From contig CAWJET010000002.1 in the NCBI GenBank assembly GCA_963842085.1, forward strand, positions 1,056,001 to 1,120,000: a stretch of 64,000 bases of DNA, written 5' to 3'. This stretch comes from an uncultured delta proteobacterium (lineage in GTDB: Bacteria; Desulfobacterota; Binatia; Binatales; Binataceae). Within the stretch, counting starts at the first letter, position 1, and the number at the start of each line of letters is the position of its first letter. The notes beneath the pieces are model-generated. The model was not told where the DNA came from. It saw only the letters and a program-made list of their open reading frames with translations, and made no database searches. The position numbers and the translations under genes were made by a program. Shown piece after piece: positions 29,332 to 40,322 of this stretch.

Positions 29332-32202
29332 ATGGCCTCGCTCGAATCACTGAAGTTCGAACTTGCGCGCCAGGTCGAAGGCGAAGTGCGCTTCGACGCC
29401 GGCACTCGCGCGGCCTACGCGACCGACGCGTCGAACTATCGCCAGGTGCCGGTGGGCGTGGTGATTCCGCGGCATGAAGGCGACGTGATTGCGGCGCTTT
29501 CAGTAGCGCGCGAGAACTCGATGCCGATTCTCGCGCGCGGCGGCGGCACCAGCCTCGCGGGGCAGGCGTGCAACGCTGCGCTCGTGCTCGATTTCTCGAA
29601 GTACATGAATCGAGTGATCGCGATCGACGCCGGCGCGCATGTCGCGGAGGTCGAGCCCGGCGTCGTCCAGAGTCATCTCAACGCCGCGCTCGCGCCGCAT
29701 GGCTTGTTCTTCGCGCCGGATCCGTCGACGAAGGATCGGTGCACCATCGGCGGGATGATCGGCAACAACTCATGCGGCGCCCATTCGGCGGCGTACGGCA
29801 AGACGGTCGACAACGTCGAGGCGCTTGAGGTCATCCTTTACGACGGCACGCAACTTTCGCTGGCGGGCTCGATGGCGGACGCGGAACTTGACGCAGCAAT
29901 TGCGCGCGGCGGCCGCGAAGGCGAGCTTTACTCGCGGCTGCGCGAACTTCGCGGCCTTTGCGCCGATTCCGTGCGCGCGCATTTCCCGAAGCTGCCGCGA
30001 CGTGTCTCGGGATACAACCTTGACGAGCTACTGCCTGAGCGGGGCTTTAACGTCGCGCGCGCAATCGTCGGCTCGGAGGGCACGCTGGCCGTGGCGCTGC
30101 GCGCGACAATACGAGCCGTGCCGCGCCCGAATGAAGTCGGCCTGGCGGTGCTCGGATTCGACGACGTTTTCGTCGCGGCAGATCAAATGCCGTGGCTGCT
30201 GGAGCATCGCCCGGAGGCGCTGGAAGGCTTCGACGAGAATCTGCCCGAGTTCGCGCGGATCAAAAAGATGCCGGGCGTGCGATCTCTGCCCGCCGGGCGC
30301 GCTTTTCTGCTCGTCGAGTTGGGGGGAGCGTCGCGCGAGGAAGCGCACGAGCGCGCCGAACGCGTGATCGCCCAAGCGCGCAGACTCCGTGAGTGCACCG
30401 GCGCTGCGTACCTGGCCGACGCGCGGGAGCAGGCCGCGGTCTGGCAGATTCGCGAGTCGGGGCTGGGCTCGAGCGCGTTCATCCCGGGGCGCCCGCGCAC
30501 TTGGCCGGGCGCCGAGGACTCGGCGGTGCCGCCGGCCAATCTCGGCGCGTTTCTGCGCGGCTTCGATCGAATCCTCACCGGCCACGACCTCAAGGTGGCG
30601 ACCTACTATGGGCATTTCGGCGAAGGATGCGTTCACGCGCGCATCAATTTCGACCTGGCCAGCGCGCCCGGAATCGAAAAGTTTCGCGCGACTATGCTTG
30701 AGCTCGGCGGTCTCGTCGCGAGTCTTGGCGGTTCGCTCTCGGGCGAGCACGGCGACGGCCTGGCGCGTTCCGAGTTGCTGCCGACGATGTACCGGCCCGA
30801 GCTGATCGACGCGTTCCGCGACTTCAAGCGAATCTTCGATCCCACCTCTATGATGAACCCGGGTGTGATCGTTGCACCGCATCCGCTCGACTCGCATCTC
30901 AAGTTGGGTGCGAACTATCGGCCGCGCGAAATCGCCACGCATTTCAATTTCAGCGCCGAGGGCGGACTCGCGGGCGCGGCGCTCAAATGCGTGGGGATCG
31001 GGAAATGCCGCAAGACCGAGGCGGGCACGATGTGCCCCTCGTACATGGCCACGCGCGAGGAAATTCATTCGACGCGCGGGCGCGCGCGAATCCTGTTCGA
31101 GGCTTTGACCAGCGACTTGCTGCCTGACGGTTTTGCCGACCCGGCCCTCAAAGACGCGCTGGATTTGTGCCTGTCGTGCAAAGGATGCAAGAGCGAGTGC
31201 CCGTCGTCGGTAGATATGGCGGCGTATCGCGCGGAATTTTTCGCGAACTACTATCGAAGTCATCGGCGTCCGCTGTCATCTTCGTTCTTCGGCAGATTGA
31301 ACGAAATCGCGCGGCTCGCCTCGTACGCGCCGTCGCTCGCCAACGCATTGTCGCATGCGCCAATCGTGAGCGACGCCGCGAGAAGAGCGCTCGCGATTCA
31401 TCCGGAGCGCGAGTTGCCGCGATTTCCGCGGCGGACTTTCCGCTCGTGGTTCGAGCGTAGGACGGCTCCCAGAGCAAGTATGCGCGAAGTCGTCTTGTTT
31501 CCCGACACCTTCAACAACTTCTTCGAGCCGCACGTCGCGATCGCCGCGGTCGAAGTGCTGGAGCGAGCGGGATTTCGCGTGATCGTTCCGCGCGACGAGC
31601 TGTGCTGCGGCCGCCCGCTTTACGACCAGGGGATGCTGGAACGCGCGAGGGCGCGACTGCGCGGAGTGATGGACGCGCTCGATCCATTCGTCGCCGTGGG
31701 CATTCCGGTCGTCGGGTTGGAGCCGAGTTGTATCCTGACTTTTCGCGACGAGTTGCCGGCGCTGTTCCCCGCCGACGCGCGCGCCAAGGCGCTCGCGTCG
31801 AATTCATTTCTGCTCGACGAGTTCCTCGCACGCGAGGCGCCGGATTTCGCGCCACCCGAGTTGCACAGCAAGACCATCGTGCAGGGGCATTGTCATCAGA
31901 AGGCAATCGCGGGAATCGGCGCCGAGGTCGCGCTGCTGTCGCGTGCGGCGGGCACGAAACTCGAGGTGCTCGACGCGGGATGCTGCGGGATGGCGGGTGC
32001 GTTCGGCTACGGCCGCGATCATTTCGAGGTGTCGAAGGCGATTGGCACGCGCGTTTTGATTCCAGCAATCGACCAGGCGGCGCCCGACGCGATCATCGTC
32101 GCGGACGGGTTCTCGTGCCGCTCGCAGATTCGCCATTTCTGTCCGTCGCGCCGCCCGATGCATCTGGCGGAAGTGCTGAACCTCGCGACCGGCGGTCAGT
32201 AG
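29332..32202 (+). CDS. FAD-binding and Fe-S-binding oxidoreductase (YdiJ/GlcD-GlcF fusion type)
   Basis: RGGGTSLAGQ, GSEGTL, SGEHGDG, CVGIGKC, CLSCKGCKSECP and CCG motifs. Confidence 0.9.
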   Translation: MASLESLKFELARQVEGEVRFDAGTRAAYATDASNYRQVPVGVVIPRHEGDVIAALSVARENSMPILARGGGTSLAGQACNAALVLDFSKYMNRVIAIDAGAHVAEVEPGVVQSHLNAALAPHGLFFAPDPSTKDRCTIGGMIGNNSCGAHSAAYGKTVDNVEALEVILYDGTQLSLAGSMADAELDAAIARGGREGELYSRLRELRGLCADSVRAHFPKLPRRVSGYNLDELLPERGFNVARAIVGSEGTLAVALRATIRAVPRPNEVGLAVLGFDDVFVAADQMPWLLEHRPEALEGFDENLPEFARIKKMPGVRSLPAGRAFLLVELGGASREEAHERAERVIAQARRLRECTGAAYLADAREQAAVWQIRESGLGSSAFIPGRPRTWPGAEDSAVPPANLGAFLRGFDRILTGHDLKVATYYGHFGEGCVHARINFDLASAPGIEKFRATMLELGGLVASLGGSLSGEHGDGLARSELLPTMYRPELIDAFRDFKRIFDPTSMMNPGVIVAPHPLDSHLKLGANYRPREIATHFNFSAEGGLAGAALKCVGIGKCRKTEAGTMCPSYMATREEIHSTRGRARILFEALTSDLLPDGFADPALKDALDLCLSCKGCKSECPSSVDMAAYRAEFFANYYRSHRRPLSSSFFGRLNEIARLASYAPSLANALSHAPIVSDAARRALAIHPERELPRFPRRTFRSWFERRTAPRASMREVVLFPDTFNNFFEPHVAIAAVEVLERAGFRVIVPRDELCCGRPLYDQGMLERARARLRGVMDALDPFVAVGIPVVGLEPSCILTFRDELPALFPADARAKALASNSFLLDEFLAREAPDFAPPELHSKTIVQGHCHQKAIAGIGAEVALLSRAAGTKLEVLDAGCCGMAGAFGYGRDHFEVSKAIGTRVLIPAIDQAAPDAIIVADGFSCRSQIRHFCPSRRPMHLAEVLNLATGGQ

Positions 32203-32253
32203 GCGAAATGCCGGCGGCTGCGATAGTCTCGTCGGACCGAGGAGTTCACAGCG

Positions 32254-33252
32254 ATGCGACTTGGAATCACCATCCCGTTCGAACCATTCATCGGCACTCA
32301 CTTCCCCGAGCTGGTGCGCACGGCAGACCGATGCGGCTACACCGACGCGTGGTCGTACGAGTCGTTCTCGACCGACGGGTTTGCGCCGATCGCGGCGGCG
32401 GCGATGCTCTCCGACCGGATGCGCTTCGGATGCGCGATCATTCCCGTGTTCACGCGGCCGGCGCCGCTGATTGCGATGTCGGCGGTCACCGTCAACGAGC
32501 TGGCGGGCGGGCGTTTTATCTTAGGCCTGGGAATCTCGACGCCGAATATCGTCGAGAATTGGATGGGCGTGCCGTTTCGCAAGCCGGTGACGCAGATGCG
32601 CGAGACGGTCGAGGCGCTGCGCGCGATTTTTCGCGGCGAGAAGGTCACGATGGCGGGCGCGAAGGTCAAGATTAACGGCTTCCGGCTCGACGCGCCGATT
32701 ACGCATCCGCCGAAAATCTATATCGGCGCGCAGGGCGCCAAGATGCTGCGGCTGGCGGGCGAGCTGGGCGACGGCGTGATCGTCAACTTCATCACGCCCG
32801 AGACGGTTGCGCCGATGCTCGACAACACGCGCGAAGGAATGCGCGCGACCGGCAAGGATCCCGCGGGGCTGGACGTAGTGTGCAGAATAATCTGCGCGGT
32901 GGACGAGGACGAGGACGTCGCGCGCACACTGTTCCGCCGGTCGCTGACGGCCTATGTGACGGTGCCGCAGTACAACAAGTTCTTTCGCGAAATAGGCTAC
33001 GACAGGGAAGCAACAACCGCGATCGACGCATGGAACGCGGGCGACCGTAAGAAAGCGCTCGAGACGATTCCCGACGAGATGGTCGAGAAGATTTTCGTAT
33101 TCGGCACGGCGGAGAAATGCCGGCGACGGCTGGACGATTACGCGCGCGCGGGAATCACGACCACCGCGCTGCAGTTCGCATCGTTCGCGAAGACGGCGGA
33201 TGAGCGGCGGGTGAAGATCCTGCGCTCGATCGAGCGGCTGGCGGCGGTGTGA
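32254..33252 (+). CDS. LLM-class (luciferase-like, possibly F420-dependent) oxidoreductase
   Basis: AWSYE, GRFILGLG and IYIGAQGAKMLRLAGELGDG motifs. Confidence 0.88.
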   Translation: MRLGITIPFEPFIGTHFPELVRTADRCGYTDAWSYESFSTDGFAPIAAAAMLSDRMRFGCAIIPVFTRPAPLIAMSAVTVNELAGGRFILGLGISTPNIVENWMGVPFRKPVTQMRETVEALRAIFRGEKVTMAGAKVKINGFRLDAPITHPPKIYIGAQGAKMLRLAGELGDGVIVNFITPETVAPMLDNTREGMRATGKDPAGLDVVCRIICAVDEDEDVARTLFRRSLTAYVTVPQYNKFFREIGYDREATTAIDAWNAGDRKKALETIPDEMVEKIFVFGTAEKCRRRLDDYARAGITTTALQFASFAKTADERRVKILRSIERLAAV

Positions 33253-33293
33253 GCGGGGCCAAGGAAATTCACTTTATTTCGTGCTGTTAATAG

Positions 33294-33326
33294 AAACGCG
33301 CCCCGCCGGGAGGGGACGGGGCGCGC
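33294..33326 (-). terminator. Hairpin terminator between convergent genes
   Basis: CGCGCCCCG stem followed by TTTCTATT on the minus strand. Confidence 0.6.
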
Positions 33327-33356
33327 TGGGTCGTCAGGACCGCATCGGATGCGGAG

Positions 33357-34007
33357 TTACCGGACGAATTGCTGAATCAGCGGCGCCAGCATCGAGGTGC
33401 CGCCGTAGGGCTGGCCGTAACCGCCGTTGTATCCACCGTAGTTGCTGTACGCGGGCGCTCCACCGAATCCACCCAATCCACCGAGTCCGCCGAACAGTCC
33501 GCCCGCGTAAGGCGTTCCGGCCGCACAGCCGCTGCGGAAAGCCCACTGATTCTGACGGAGCAGGTCATAGGCGGCCGCGGGATGGCCGGTGTTCCGGTCG
33601 CGATAGTAGGTGTTCATGACGCGCTGCGCGTTGGCGCAACCCCCCCCGCCGGCATAGCCGCCATAATAAGGGGTCGCTGCAGGATAGGCTGGAGCCGCAT
33701 ACACCGGAGCCGCATAAACAGGGGCCGCGGCGTAAACCGGAGCTGCGGCGTAGCCGGGATTGCCATAATTCTGGTAAGCGGCGGCGCTGCCAAATCCATG
33801 CTTCCAATTGCGACGATCAACGCGCCAGGCCGCAGCGTTGTTGTGCAGCTCGTGCTTGGTCACGACCGCCGGGGCATTGAAGGAACGTGATACGCGGGCC
33901 GCATGCGAATAGTCATAGCGGTTGCGATCCTTGGCAGCCGCTGTAATCGGCGTCGCCAGCATCGCGAGACCAATCAGGACCGCCATCAGATTGAGCTTGG
34001 ATTTCAT
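33357..34007 (-). CDS. Hypothetical secreted Gly/Tyr/Ala-rich protein
   Basis: Signal peptide (AAA-K), AAPVY repeats, two Cys, GGLGG tracts; AGAGGT RBS. Confidence 0.7.
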   Translation of the reverse strand: MKSKLNLMAVLIGLAMLATPITAAAKDRNRYDYSHAARVSRSFNAPAVVTKHELHNNAAAWRVDRRNWKHGFGSAAAYQNYGNPGYAAAPVYAAAPVYAAPVYAAPAYPAATPYYGGYAGGGGCANAQRVMNTYYRDRNTGHPAAAYDLLRQNQWAFRSGCAAGTPYAGGLFGGLGGLGGFGGAPAYSNYGGYNGGYGQPYGGTSMLAPLIQQFVR

Positions 34008-34251
34008 TGTTGGTTACCTCTACCTGAAGAGAGCATTAAGGATGCCATCGAACCGTTTCGGAAAATTTCCTGCAATGCACTTGGTGTTCACGCTTAGAGA
34101 TACGCAAGCGGCAACTTTTGGTTGCAGGAATTTGAAACTAAAAAAACGAAAAACGTCAACGGAGAGAACGGGTTAATGAATGTTCAGGCTTCGGCGGCCC
34201 GGAGATAAACAAACGCTCAGACGCGCCCAGTTAAAGGTGAAAACCCAAAGC

Positions 34252-34530
34252 TCAGACGAAGGTGCGGCGCGCAAGGTAGTACATGAGGGCGCCGACGATC
34301 GTGTAGGCGGCGATCCCCTCGAGCAGCGTCGCGCCACTGGTGACAACGACCAGGCCGACGACGAGGACAGTAGCGACGACGGCGACCACCTGCTCGATTC
34401 GCTTCTCGCGGGCACGGACCCGCGCGACATGCTGGGTGATATGCGCGCCGCAGTTGCGGCATACGCCGCCGCGCTTGACGACCAGGTCGGCGCCACAATC
34501 GGGGCATTCGATTTTCGTTCGTAGCGGCAT
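34252..34530 (-). CDS. Hypothetical zinc-ribbon membrane protein
   Basis: CPDC...CRNC followed by two TM helices. Confidence 0.65.
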   Translation of the reverse strand: MPLRTKIECPDCGADLVVKRGGVCRNCGAHITQHVARVRAREKRIEQVVAVVATVLVVGLVVVTSGATLLEGIAAYTIVGALMYYLARRTFV

Positions 34531-34741
34531 GAATGAAGGTTACGACAAAACGCTATGAGCTACGCGATTCGCTGGCAAGGGTCTCCTCGCCCTGCAACGG
34601 AAAGAACGAAGACGAGGGAGGGAAGCGCGGGCGCAGCAGAGAGCGCACAGCGGCGCGCGGGTCGAAGACCCGTTCGCCGCTGTGCGAATGCAAAGAGACG
34701 ACGGCCGCGGGACGCGGCCGTCGTCTCTGCTGGTGCTTGTG

Positions 34742-35365
34742 CTATGCGCGCGCTTTGCGCAGTTTGCGCGCTGACGCGCGCTTGGCGATGCGCACGCGCT
34801 CCGGGCGGCGCTTGACGCGCGCCGCCGCTTTGCCCGCGACCTTGGTCGCGGGCTTCTGAGTGGCGGCCGCGGTCGCGGCCGCTGCAGGCGGCGCGACGGC
34901 CGCAGCCGCAGGCTGCATCGCAGCCTCGGCTGCCGCCCGCTCGGCCTCGAGCACCAGCGCCGCGCGCCGGCGCGCGATCGCGTCCAGGCGCTTCTCCTTC
35001 CACTTGCGCAGGCCCATCCGCATGTACTCGGGATTGATATCGAGCATGTCGCAGACGTTGTCGAACGAGAAGACCCAGCGCTTGTCCTCGTGCGCGATCC
35101 ATTCGTCCGCATCGCGGAACAATCGCTGGCCTTTGCTGGTGGACGCATCGATGCATTTCATGAAGCATTCGATCGCGTCTTCCAGCACGCTCAGGATGAG
35201 CCGCTTTTCGCCCTCGAGCAGATGCTTCTTGCGCATCGCCTCGAAGTATTGAATGGGCAAAAGCGTGTCGGGCTCGAACAACCCCGGCAATCTCTCGTCC
35301 AGTGTTTCCTTTTCTTGCATCTTCTCTCCGTTGTCCGCCTTCAGTGTCGTGCTGTGTGCATCCAC
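34742..35365 (-). CDS. Conserved-looking hypothetical protein with HTH-like segment and Ala/Lys/Arg-rich tail
   Basis: GGGAGGT RBS; EKRLILSVLEDAI, ADEWI and FSFDNVCDMLDINPEYMRMGL; follows iscX. Confidence 0.75.
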   Translation of the reverse strand: MDAHSTTLKADNGEKMQEKETLDERLPGLFEPDTLLPIQYFEAMRKKHLLEGEKRLILSVLEDAIECFMKCIDASTSKGQRLFRDADEWIAHEDKRWVFSFDNVCDMLDINPEYMRMGLRKWKEKRLDAIARRRAALVLEAERAAAEAAMQPAAAAVAPPAAAATAAATQKPATKVAGKAAARVKRRPERVRIAKRASARKLRKARA

Positions 35366-35407
35366 CGCCCCACCTCCCCGTAAATTTTGACGTAGCCGCG
35401 TCTACGC

Positions 35408-35632
35408 CTATTCAGAGTCGTCTTCGTTCTGTTCCTTGTATATTTCGTGCCATGCCATCTGAATGGCTTCCAATTTTGCTTCCGTTGAGCCTTCGCGACT
35501 ATCGTCGAATTCGTCGAGATCGATCACCCACTGGCGCAGGTCAGTGAAGCGCGCATCGAGCGGATCCAGTCCCGGATGATTTTCCGCCAGCACTTCTGCG
35601 ATTTCTTCGGCCTGATCCCACTTGAGTCCCAT
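35408..35632 (-). CDS. iscX: Fe-S cluster assembly protein IscX
   Basis: MGLKW, DP..RFTDLRQWV..L..FDD and KLEAIQMAW motifs; position in the isc operon. Confidence 0.92.
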   Translation of the reverse strand: MGLKWDQAEEIAEVLAENHPGLDPLDARFTDLRQWVIDLDEFDDSREGSTEAKLEAIQMAWHEIYKEQNEDDSE

Positions 35633-35677
35633 TGCTAATGTACGTCCCTCAGCTGGCTCTCGTTGCAAATTTCCTTG

Positions 35678-37543
35678 CTAGGAAAGTTCCTCGACTGATT
35701 TCTTCTCGAGCGCCAGCTTGATAGCCGCGTCCATGATCCGTTCCGCGAACGGAGTGGTTACCTCGTTCAGCTCCTCGACGAGTTTTGCGATTAGATCTCG
35801 ATCGGTTCCCGTTCGGGCCGCCTCCAGCCGCTCCACCACCTCATCCATGCGCGCGCGCTCGCCGGCAGTTACCAGCCGGCCGAATTCGCCGAGCTGCTTT
35901 CGAAGTGCGCCCAAAATTTGCTCGGCGTCGTTGCGCGCCGAAATCAGCAGGCGCTCTTCGAGATCCTGCTCCCCAAGATCGATGGCCTCTTCGAGCATTC
36001 GCTCGATTTCATCGTCCGTCAGTCCGTAGCTCGGCTTGACGTCGACCGAGTGCTCGCGGCCCGTGCGCTCATCGCGCGCATTGACATTTAGTATCCCGTT
36101 TGCATCGATGAGGAAAGTGACCTCGATGCGCGGGACACCGGCAGGCTGGGCCTGAATCGGACCCAGCTTGAAGCGCGCTAAGCTACGGCAATCTTTAGCA
36201 AGCTCTCGCTCTCCTTGCAAAACATGGATATCAACATGTGTTTGATTATCCACAGCCGTGGTAAAGCCTTCAGCTATACTGGTCGGGATAGTGGTATTGC
36301 GATGTATAAGACGTTCCATCACGCCACCCATCGTCTCGATGCCCAGCGACAGCGGAACCACGTCGAGCAGGAGCATGTCGCCCTGCGTGCCCATTAGCAC
36401 AGAAGCCTGCACTGCGGCTCCTAAAGCGACCACCTGGTCGGGATTTATCGAGCACAGCGGTTCCCGGTGGAACGCCGCAGCGACGCGCTGGCGAACAATC
36501 GGCATCCGCGTCGCGCCACCGACGAGCACGACAGCGTCGATAGCGCCGGGCGTGAGCTTGGCGTCAGCGACGGCCAGTTCGCATCGCCTGATCGTGCGCG
36601 CGATGAACGGAGCGGCAATCTGCTCGAGTGCATCGCGCGTCAGGTGCTTGCGAATCGAATGGCCGGGGAGTTCGACGACGATATCGGTGTCGGCGACGTC
36701 GGTGAGGCGTTTCTTGGCGTCCTCGGCGGCCATGCGCGCGCTGTTCCAGACGTGGCGATCGAGCTTGAGCGAGTCGGGAATTTCGGCGAGCAGCCAGTCG
36801 ACGAGTGCGCGGTCGATATCGTCGCCCCCGAGATGAGTATCGCCGTTGGTCGCCAGCACCTCGAAGATTCCCTCCTTGATGCTGAGAATCGAGATGTCGA
36901 AAGTGCCGCCGCCGAAATCGAACACGGCGACGTTGCCGGTCGCCATCTTGTTAAGGCCGTAGGCGAGCGACGCGGCGGTCGGCTCGTTCACCAGGCGCAC
37001 GACTTCAAGACCGGCGAGGCGGCCGGCGTCCTTGGTGGCCTGGCGCTGGCCGTCGTTGAAGTAGGCGGGAACGGTGATGACGACGCGCTCGACTTTTTCA
37101 TCGCCAAGAGTGCGTTCGGCGCCGTCCTTGAGCGCGCGCAGAATCGCGGCGGAGATTTGCGGGGGCGTGAAGACGCGCTTGCCGATTTGAAAGCGCACTA
37201 CCGGGCCGCTCAGGTCGGCGAAGGTGTAGCGCACGCGATCTTCGGGCGCGATGTCGTCGCCGCCGAGTCCCATGTAGCGCTTGACGGAGCGGATCACGGC
37301 GCCGTATTCGCCGCCGGCAAAGCCGACTGCGCTCACGCGTCCGTCGCGCTCGACCGTCAGATGCGGTTCCATCGCGATTGCGCGGTTGCCGACGGTGACG
37401 GCGCCGTCAGGCGCAATCGCAACGACGCTCGGCAGCAGAGCGCTGCCGTTCTCGCCGACAGCAATCGCGCGCGGCGCGCTATTTTCCATAGCCGCGATCA
37501 GGCTGTTGGTGGTGCCGAGGTCTATGCCAAAAATTCGCGCCAT
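35678..37543 (-). CDS. hscA: Fe-S assembly chaperone HscA (Hsp70)
   Basis: [23 protein letters not shown] and [17 protein letters not shown] motifs; isc context. Confidence 0.93.
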   Translation of the reverse strand: MARIFGIDLGTTNSLIAAMENSAPRAIAVGENGSALLPSVVAIAPDGAVTVGNRAIAMEPHLTVERDGRVSAVGFAGGEYGAVIRSVKRYMGLGGDDIAPEDRVRYTFADLSGPVVRFQIGKRVFTPPQISAAILRALKDGAERTLGDEKVERVVITVPAYFNDGQRQATKDAGRLAGLEVVRLVNEPTAASLAYGLNKMATGNVAVFDFGGGTFDISILSIKEGIFEVLATNGDTHLGGDDIDRALVDWLLAEIPDSLKLDRHVWNSARMAAEDAKKRLTDVADTDIVVELPGHSIRKHLTRDALEQIAAPFIARTIRRCELAVADAKLTPGAIDAVVLVGGATRMPIVRQRVAAAFHREPLCSINPDQVVALGAAVQASVLMGTQGDMLLLDVVPLSLGIETMGGVMERLIHRNTTIPTSIAEGFTTAVDNQTHVDIHVLQGERELAKDCRSLARFKLGPIQAQPAGVPRIEVTFLIDANGILNVNARDERTGREHSVDVKPSYGLTDDEIERMLEEAIDLGEQDLEERLLISARNDAEQILGALRKQLGEFGRLVTAGERARMDEVVERLEAARTGTDRDLIAKLVEELNEVTTPFAERIMDAAIKLALEKKSVEELS

Positions 37544-37565
37544 TCTTTTCAGTATTAAGTCAGTC

Positions 37566-38204
37566 TCAAGCGGCCTTTGAGTTCTCGAGCGCGCGATCGA
37601 CGTCGCGAATCAAGGTGCGTAGGTATGCGATGTTGGAAAGGATCGTCTTTAGCTCAAATGTAAGCATCTTTTCGTCCGCACGCTGATCCCATTTGGCGAA
37701 ATTTCGGTCGAGCTCGGCCACGGCTTCATCCATCGTGAATTGAAGCTGGACGCGCCGCGCGGCGACCTGGGTGGCGAGTTCGTGCGCCGCTTCAGGGTCC
37801 GATGAAAGCTGCATCTCGGCGAGTTGCTCCTGCACTTCGAAGACCAGTTCGGCGACTTCGGGCGGGACCCGCTGGTTGTTCTCGGCGAGCTTTTCACCGT
37901 TCAGTTCGAGCCAGTAAAGACCGCGAGCTACGGGGTCGCGCAGCGTGCGGTAGCTGCGGGTCAACGCTGCGGTCGCGCGCAGACTCGCGTCGCGCAGGGC
38001 AACGCCTTTCGATGCGAAGCGGTCGGGATGAATCATCCGGCTCAATTCGTGATAGCGGCGCTCGAGCGCGTCGAGGTCGAGCGTGAGCTTGCGCGGGATG
38101 CCGAGCGCGGCGAAACAATCGAGCGGCGCCGCCAGCGGCGAGCCGCAGTCAGCGCAAATCAGCGACGGCGCTTGCCGCCGTCCACATGAAGGGCATTCGA
38201 TCAT
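37566..38204 (-). CDS. hscB: Co-chaperone HscB with N-terminal CxxC-CxxC domain
   Basis: HPD J-domain motif, YRTLRDP..R; CPSC...CADC. Confidence 0.9.
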   Translation of the reverse strand: MIECPSCGRRQAPSLICADCGSPLAAPLDCFAALGIPRKLTLDLDALERRYHELSRMIHPDRFASKGVALRDASLRATAALTRSYRTLRDPVARGLYWLELNGEKLAENNQRVPPEVAELVFEVQEQLAEMQLSSDPEAAHELATQVAARRVQLQFTMDEAVAELDRNFAKWDQRADEKMLTFELKTILSNIAYLRTLIRDVDRALENSKAA

Positions 38205-38234
38205 CTTGAGACAGCCGTCCCCACGTCCACTCGT

Positions 38235-38558
38235 TCATACGACGAACGATTCTCCGCATCCGCAACTGCGCTTGGCGTTTGGATTGACGACCTTGAAGCC
38301 CGACGACATCAGTTCTTCGCCGTAGTCGAGCTCGGAGCCGTTGAGGTAGAGAAAACTTTTCTTGTCCACGATCAGGCGCGCGCCGTCGCGCTCGAAAACC
38401 TTGTCGCGCTCCTTGGCGGCGTCGATTTCCATCCGGTACTGCAAGCCCGAGCATCCGCCGCCCACGACCTTTACGCGCAGCCCTGTGCCTTCGCCCTTGT
38501 CGGCGACGAGCTGCTTGATCTTCTGGACGGCGCCCTCGGAAAGTGAAATCACAGCCAC
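38235..38558 (-). CDS. iscA: Iron-sulfur cluster assembly A-type carrier
   Basis: GGGCSGLQY and NPNAKRSCGCGESF motifs. Confidence 0.93.
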   Translation of the reverse strand: MAVISLSEGAVQKIKQLVADKGEGTGLRVKVVGGGCSGLQYRMEIDAAKERDKVFERDGARLIVDKKSFLYLNGSELDYGEELMSSGFKVVNPNAKRSCGCGESFVV

Positions 38559-38564
38559 GAGCAG

Positions 38565-38987
38565 TTACGCCTCCTTCGATTTAGCCGGCTCTTCGGCGGC
38601 GACATCGTCGCCCTTGCGCTTGCGCCAGTCGGTGATCGCGGCTTTGATCGCGTCCTCGGCCAGGACGGAGCAGTGAATCTTGACCGGCGGCAGGTTGAGT
38701 TCCTTGACGATGACGGTGTTCTTAATCGACATCGCCTCGTCGATATGCTTGCCCTTGACCAGCTCGGTCACGTAGCTCGAACTGGCGATCGCGCTGCCGC
38801 AGCCGAAGGTCTTGAAGCGCGCATCCTCGATCACACCGTTGTCGCTGATCTTGAGCTGCAGCTTCATCACGTCGCCGCATTCGGGCGCGCCGACGACGCC
38901 GGTGCCGACGCCGGGCTCGTCCTTGGCGAAGCTGCCGACGTTGCGCGGATTGTTGTAGTGCTCGATAACTTTATCTGAGTAAGCCAT
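38565..38987 (-). CDS. iscU: Fe-S scaffold IscU
   Basis: MAYSDKVIEHYNNPRNVG, CGDVM, FGCGSAIASSS and LPPVKIHCS motifs. Confidence 0.96.
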   Translation of the reverse strand: MAYSDKVIEHYNNPRNVGSFAKDEPGVGTGVVGAPECGDVMKLQLKISDNGVIEDARFKTFGCGSAIASSSYVTELVKGKHIDEAMSIKNTVIVKELNLPPVKIHCSVLAEDAIKAAITDWRKRKGDDVAAEEPAKSKEA

Positions 38988-39031
38988 GATTTTTCCCTGA
39001 TGCGGCGCGTCGATACGGCGTTTTCGTTGTG

Positions 39032-40249
39032 CTACGACTTCCAATTGACCGACTTGAGATCGATTCCTTCCTTCGCCATCTCGTACAGCGGCGACATTTC
39101 GCGCAGCCGCTTCACTTCCTTGCTGACCCGTTCCGTCACGTAATCGACTTCCTCGAGCGTGTTGAAGCGGCCCAGGCCGAAACGAATCGAGCTGTGCGCG
39201 AGCTCGTCGTCGATTCCGAGCGCGCGAATCACATACGAGGGCTCGAGTGTGGCGGAAGTGCACGCGGAGCCGGAGCTGACCGCGATATCGTTGATGCCCA
39301 TCAGCAGCGACTCGCCTTCGACGTAGGCGAAGCTCACGTTGAGGTTGCCCGGGAGCCGCTCGGTCGGATGACCGTTGACGTAGATCTCGTCAAGGCGCTC
39401 GAACAGCCCCGCCTGTAGCTGACTGCGCAACTGGATCAAGCGCTGCGCTTCGTCCGGCATTTCCTTGCCCGCAATTTCGCACGCGGCGCCAAGGCCGACG
39501 ATGCCCGGCACGTTGAGCGTGCCGGAGCGCATCCCGCGCTCGTGCCCGCCGCCGTCCATCTGCGGAGTCAGGCGGACGCGCGGTCCCTTCGAGCGCACGT
39601 AGATCGCGCCGATTCCCTTGGGGCCGTAAATCTTGTGCGCGGTAATCGACGCGAGATCGATGCCGGCCTTTTCGACGTCGACCGGCACTTTGCCAATCGC
39701 CTGGACCGCGTCGCAATGGAAGACGATGCCCTTTTCCTTGGCGAGCTTGCCGATCTCGGCGATCGGATGGATCGTGCCAATCTCGTTGTTGGCCCACATG
39801 ATCGTGATCAGCACGGTCTTGTCGGTGATCGCGCGGCGCACCGCGTCTGGATCCACCATCCCGTACTTGTCGACCGGCAGGTACGTGACCGAGGCCTTGC
39901 CCGCCCGCTCCAGCGCACGGCAACTGTCGAGCACGGCCTTGTGCTCGGTGACGCAAGTGATGATGTGGTTGCCCTTATCTTTGTAGAACTCGACCACGCC
40001 CTTGATTGCCAGGTTGTCGGACTCGGTGGCGCCGCTGGTGAAAATGATTTCCTTGGACTTGGCGCCGATAAGCGCGGCGATCTGATTGCGCGAGCGATCG
40101 ACGGCCTCTTCCGCCTCCCAGCCGAAGCTATGGTTGCGGCTGGCGGCGTTGCCGAACTTCTCGGTGAAATACGGCAGCATCGCATCCAGCACGCGCGAAT
40201 CGACGCGCGTGGTCGCATGATTATCCATGTAAACGGGCTTCTTCAGCAT
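39032..40249 (-). CDS. iscS: Cysteine desulfurase IscS
   Basis: [25 protein letters not shown] and [10 protein letters not shown] motifs. Confidence 0.96.
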   Translation of the reverse strand: MLKKPVYMDNHATTRVDSRVLDAMLPYFTEKFGNAASRNHSFGWEAEEAVDRSRNQIAALIGAKSKEIIFTSGATESDNLAIKGVVEFYKDKGNHIITCVTEHKAVLDSCRALERAGKASVTYLPVDKYGMVDPDAVRRAITDKTVLITIMWANNEIGTIHPIAEIGKLAKEKGIVFHCDAVQAIGKVPVDVEKAGIDLASITAHKIYGPKGIGAIYVRSKGPRVRLTPQMDGGGHERGMRSGTLNVPGIVGLGAACEIAGKEMPDEAQRLIQLRSQLQAGLFERLDEIYVNGHPTERLPGNLNVSFAYVEGESLLMGINDIAVSSGSACTSATLEPSYVIRALGIDDELAHSSIRFGLGRFNTLEEVDYVTERVSKEVKRLREMSPLYEMAKEGIDLKSVNWKS

Positions 40250-40322
40250 CTCAGTCTCTCGGTCTCTCTCGGTTTGTTCCGTCGAAAACGATCTAATCGT
40301 TAATAGTGGACCTTGTAGGTAT

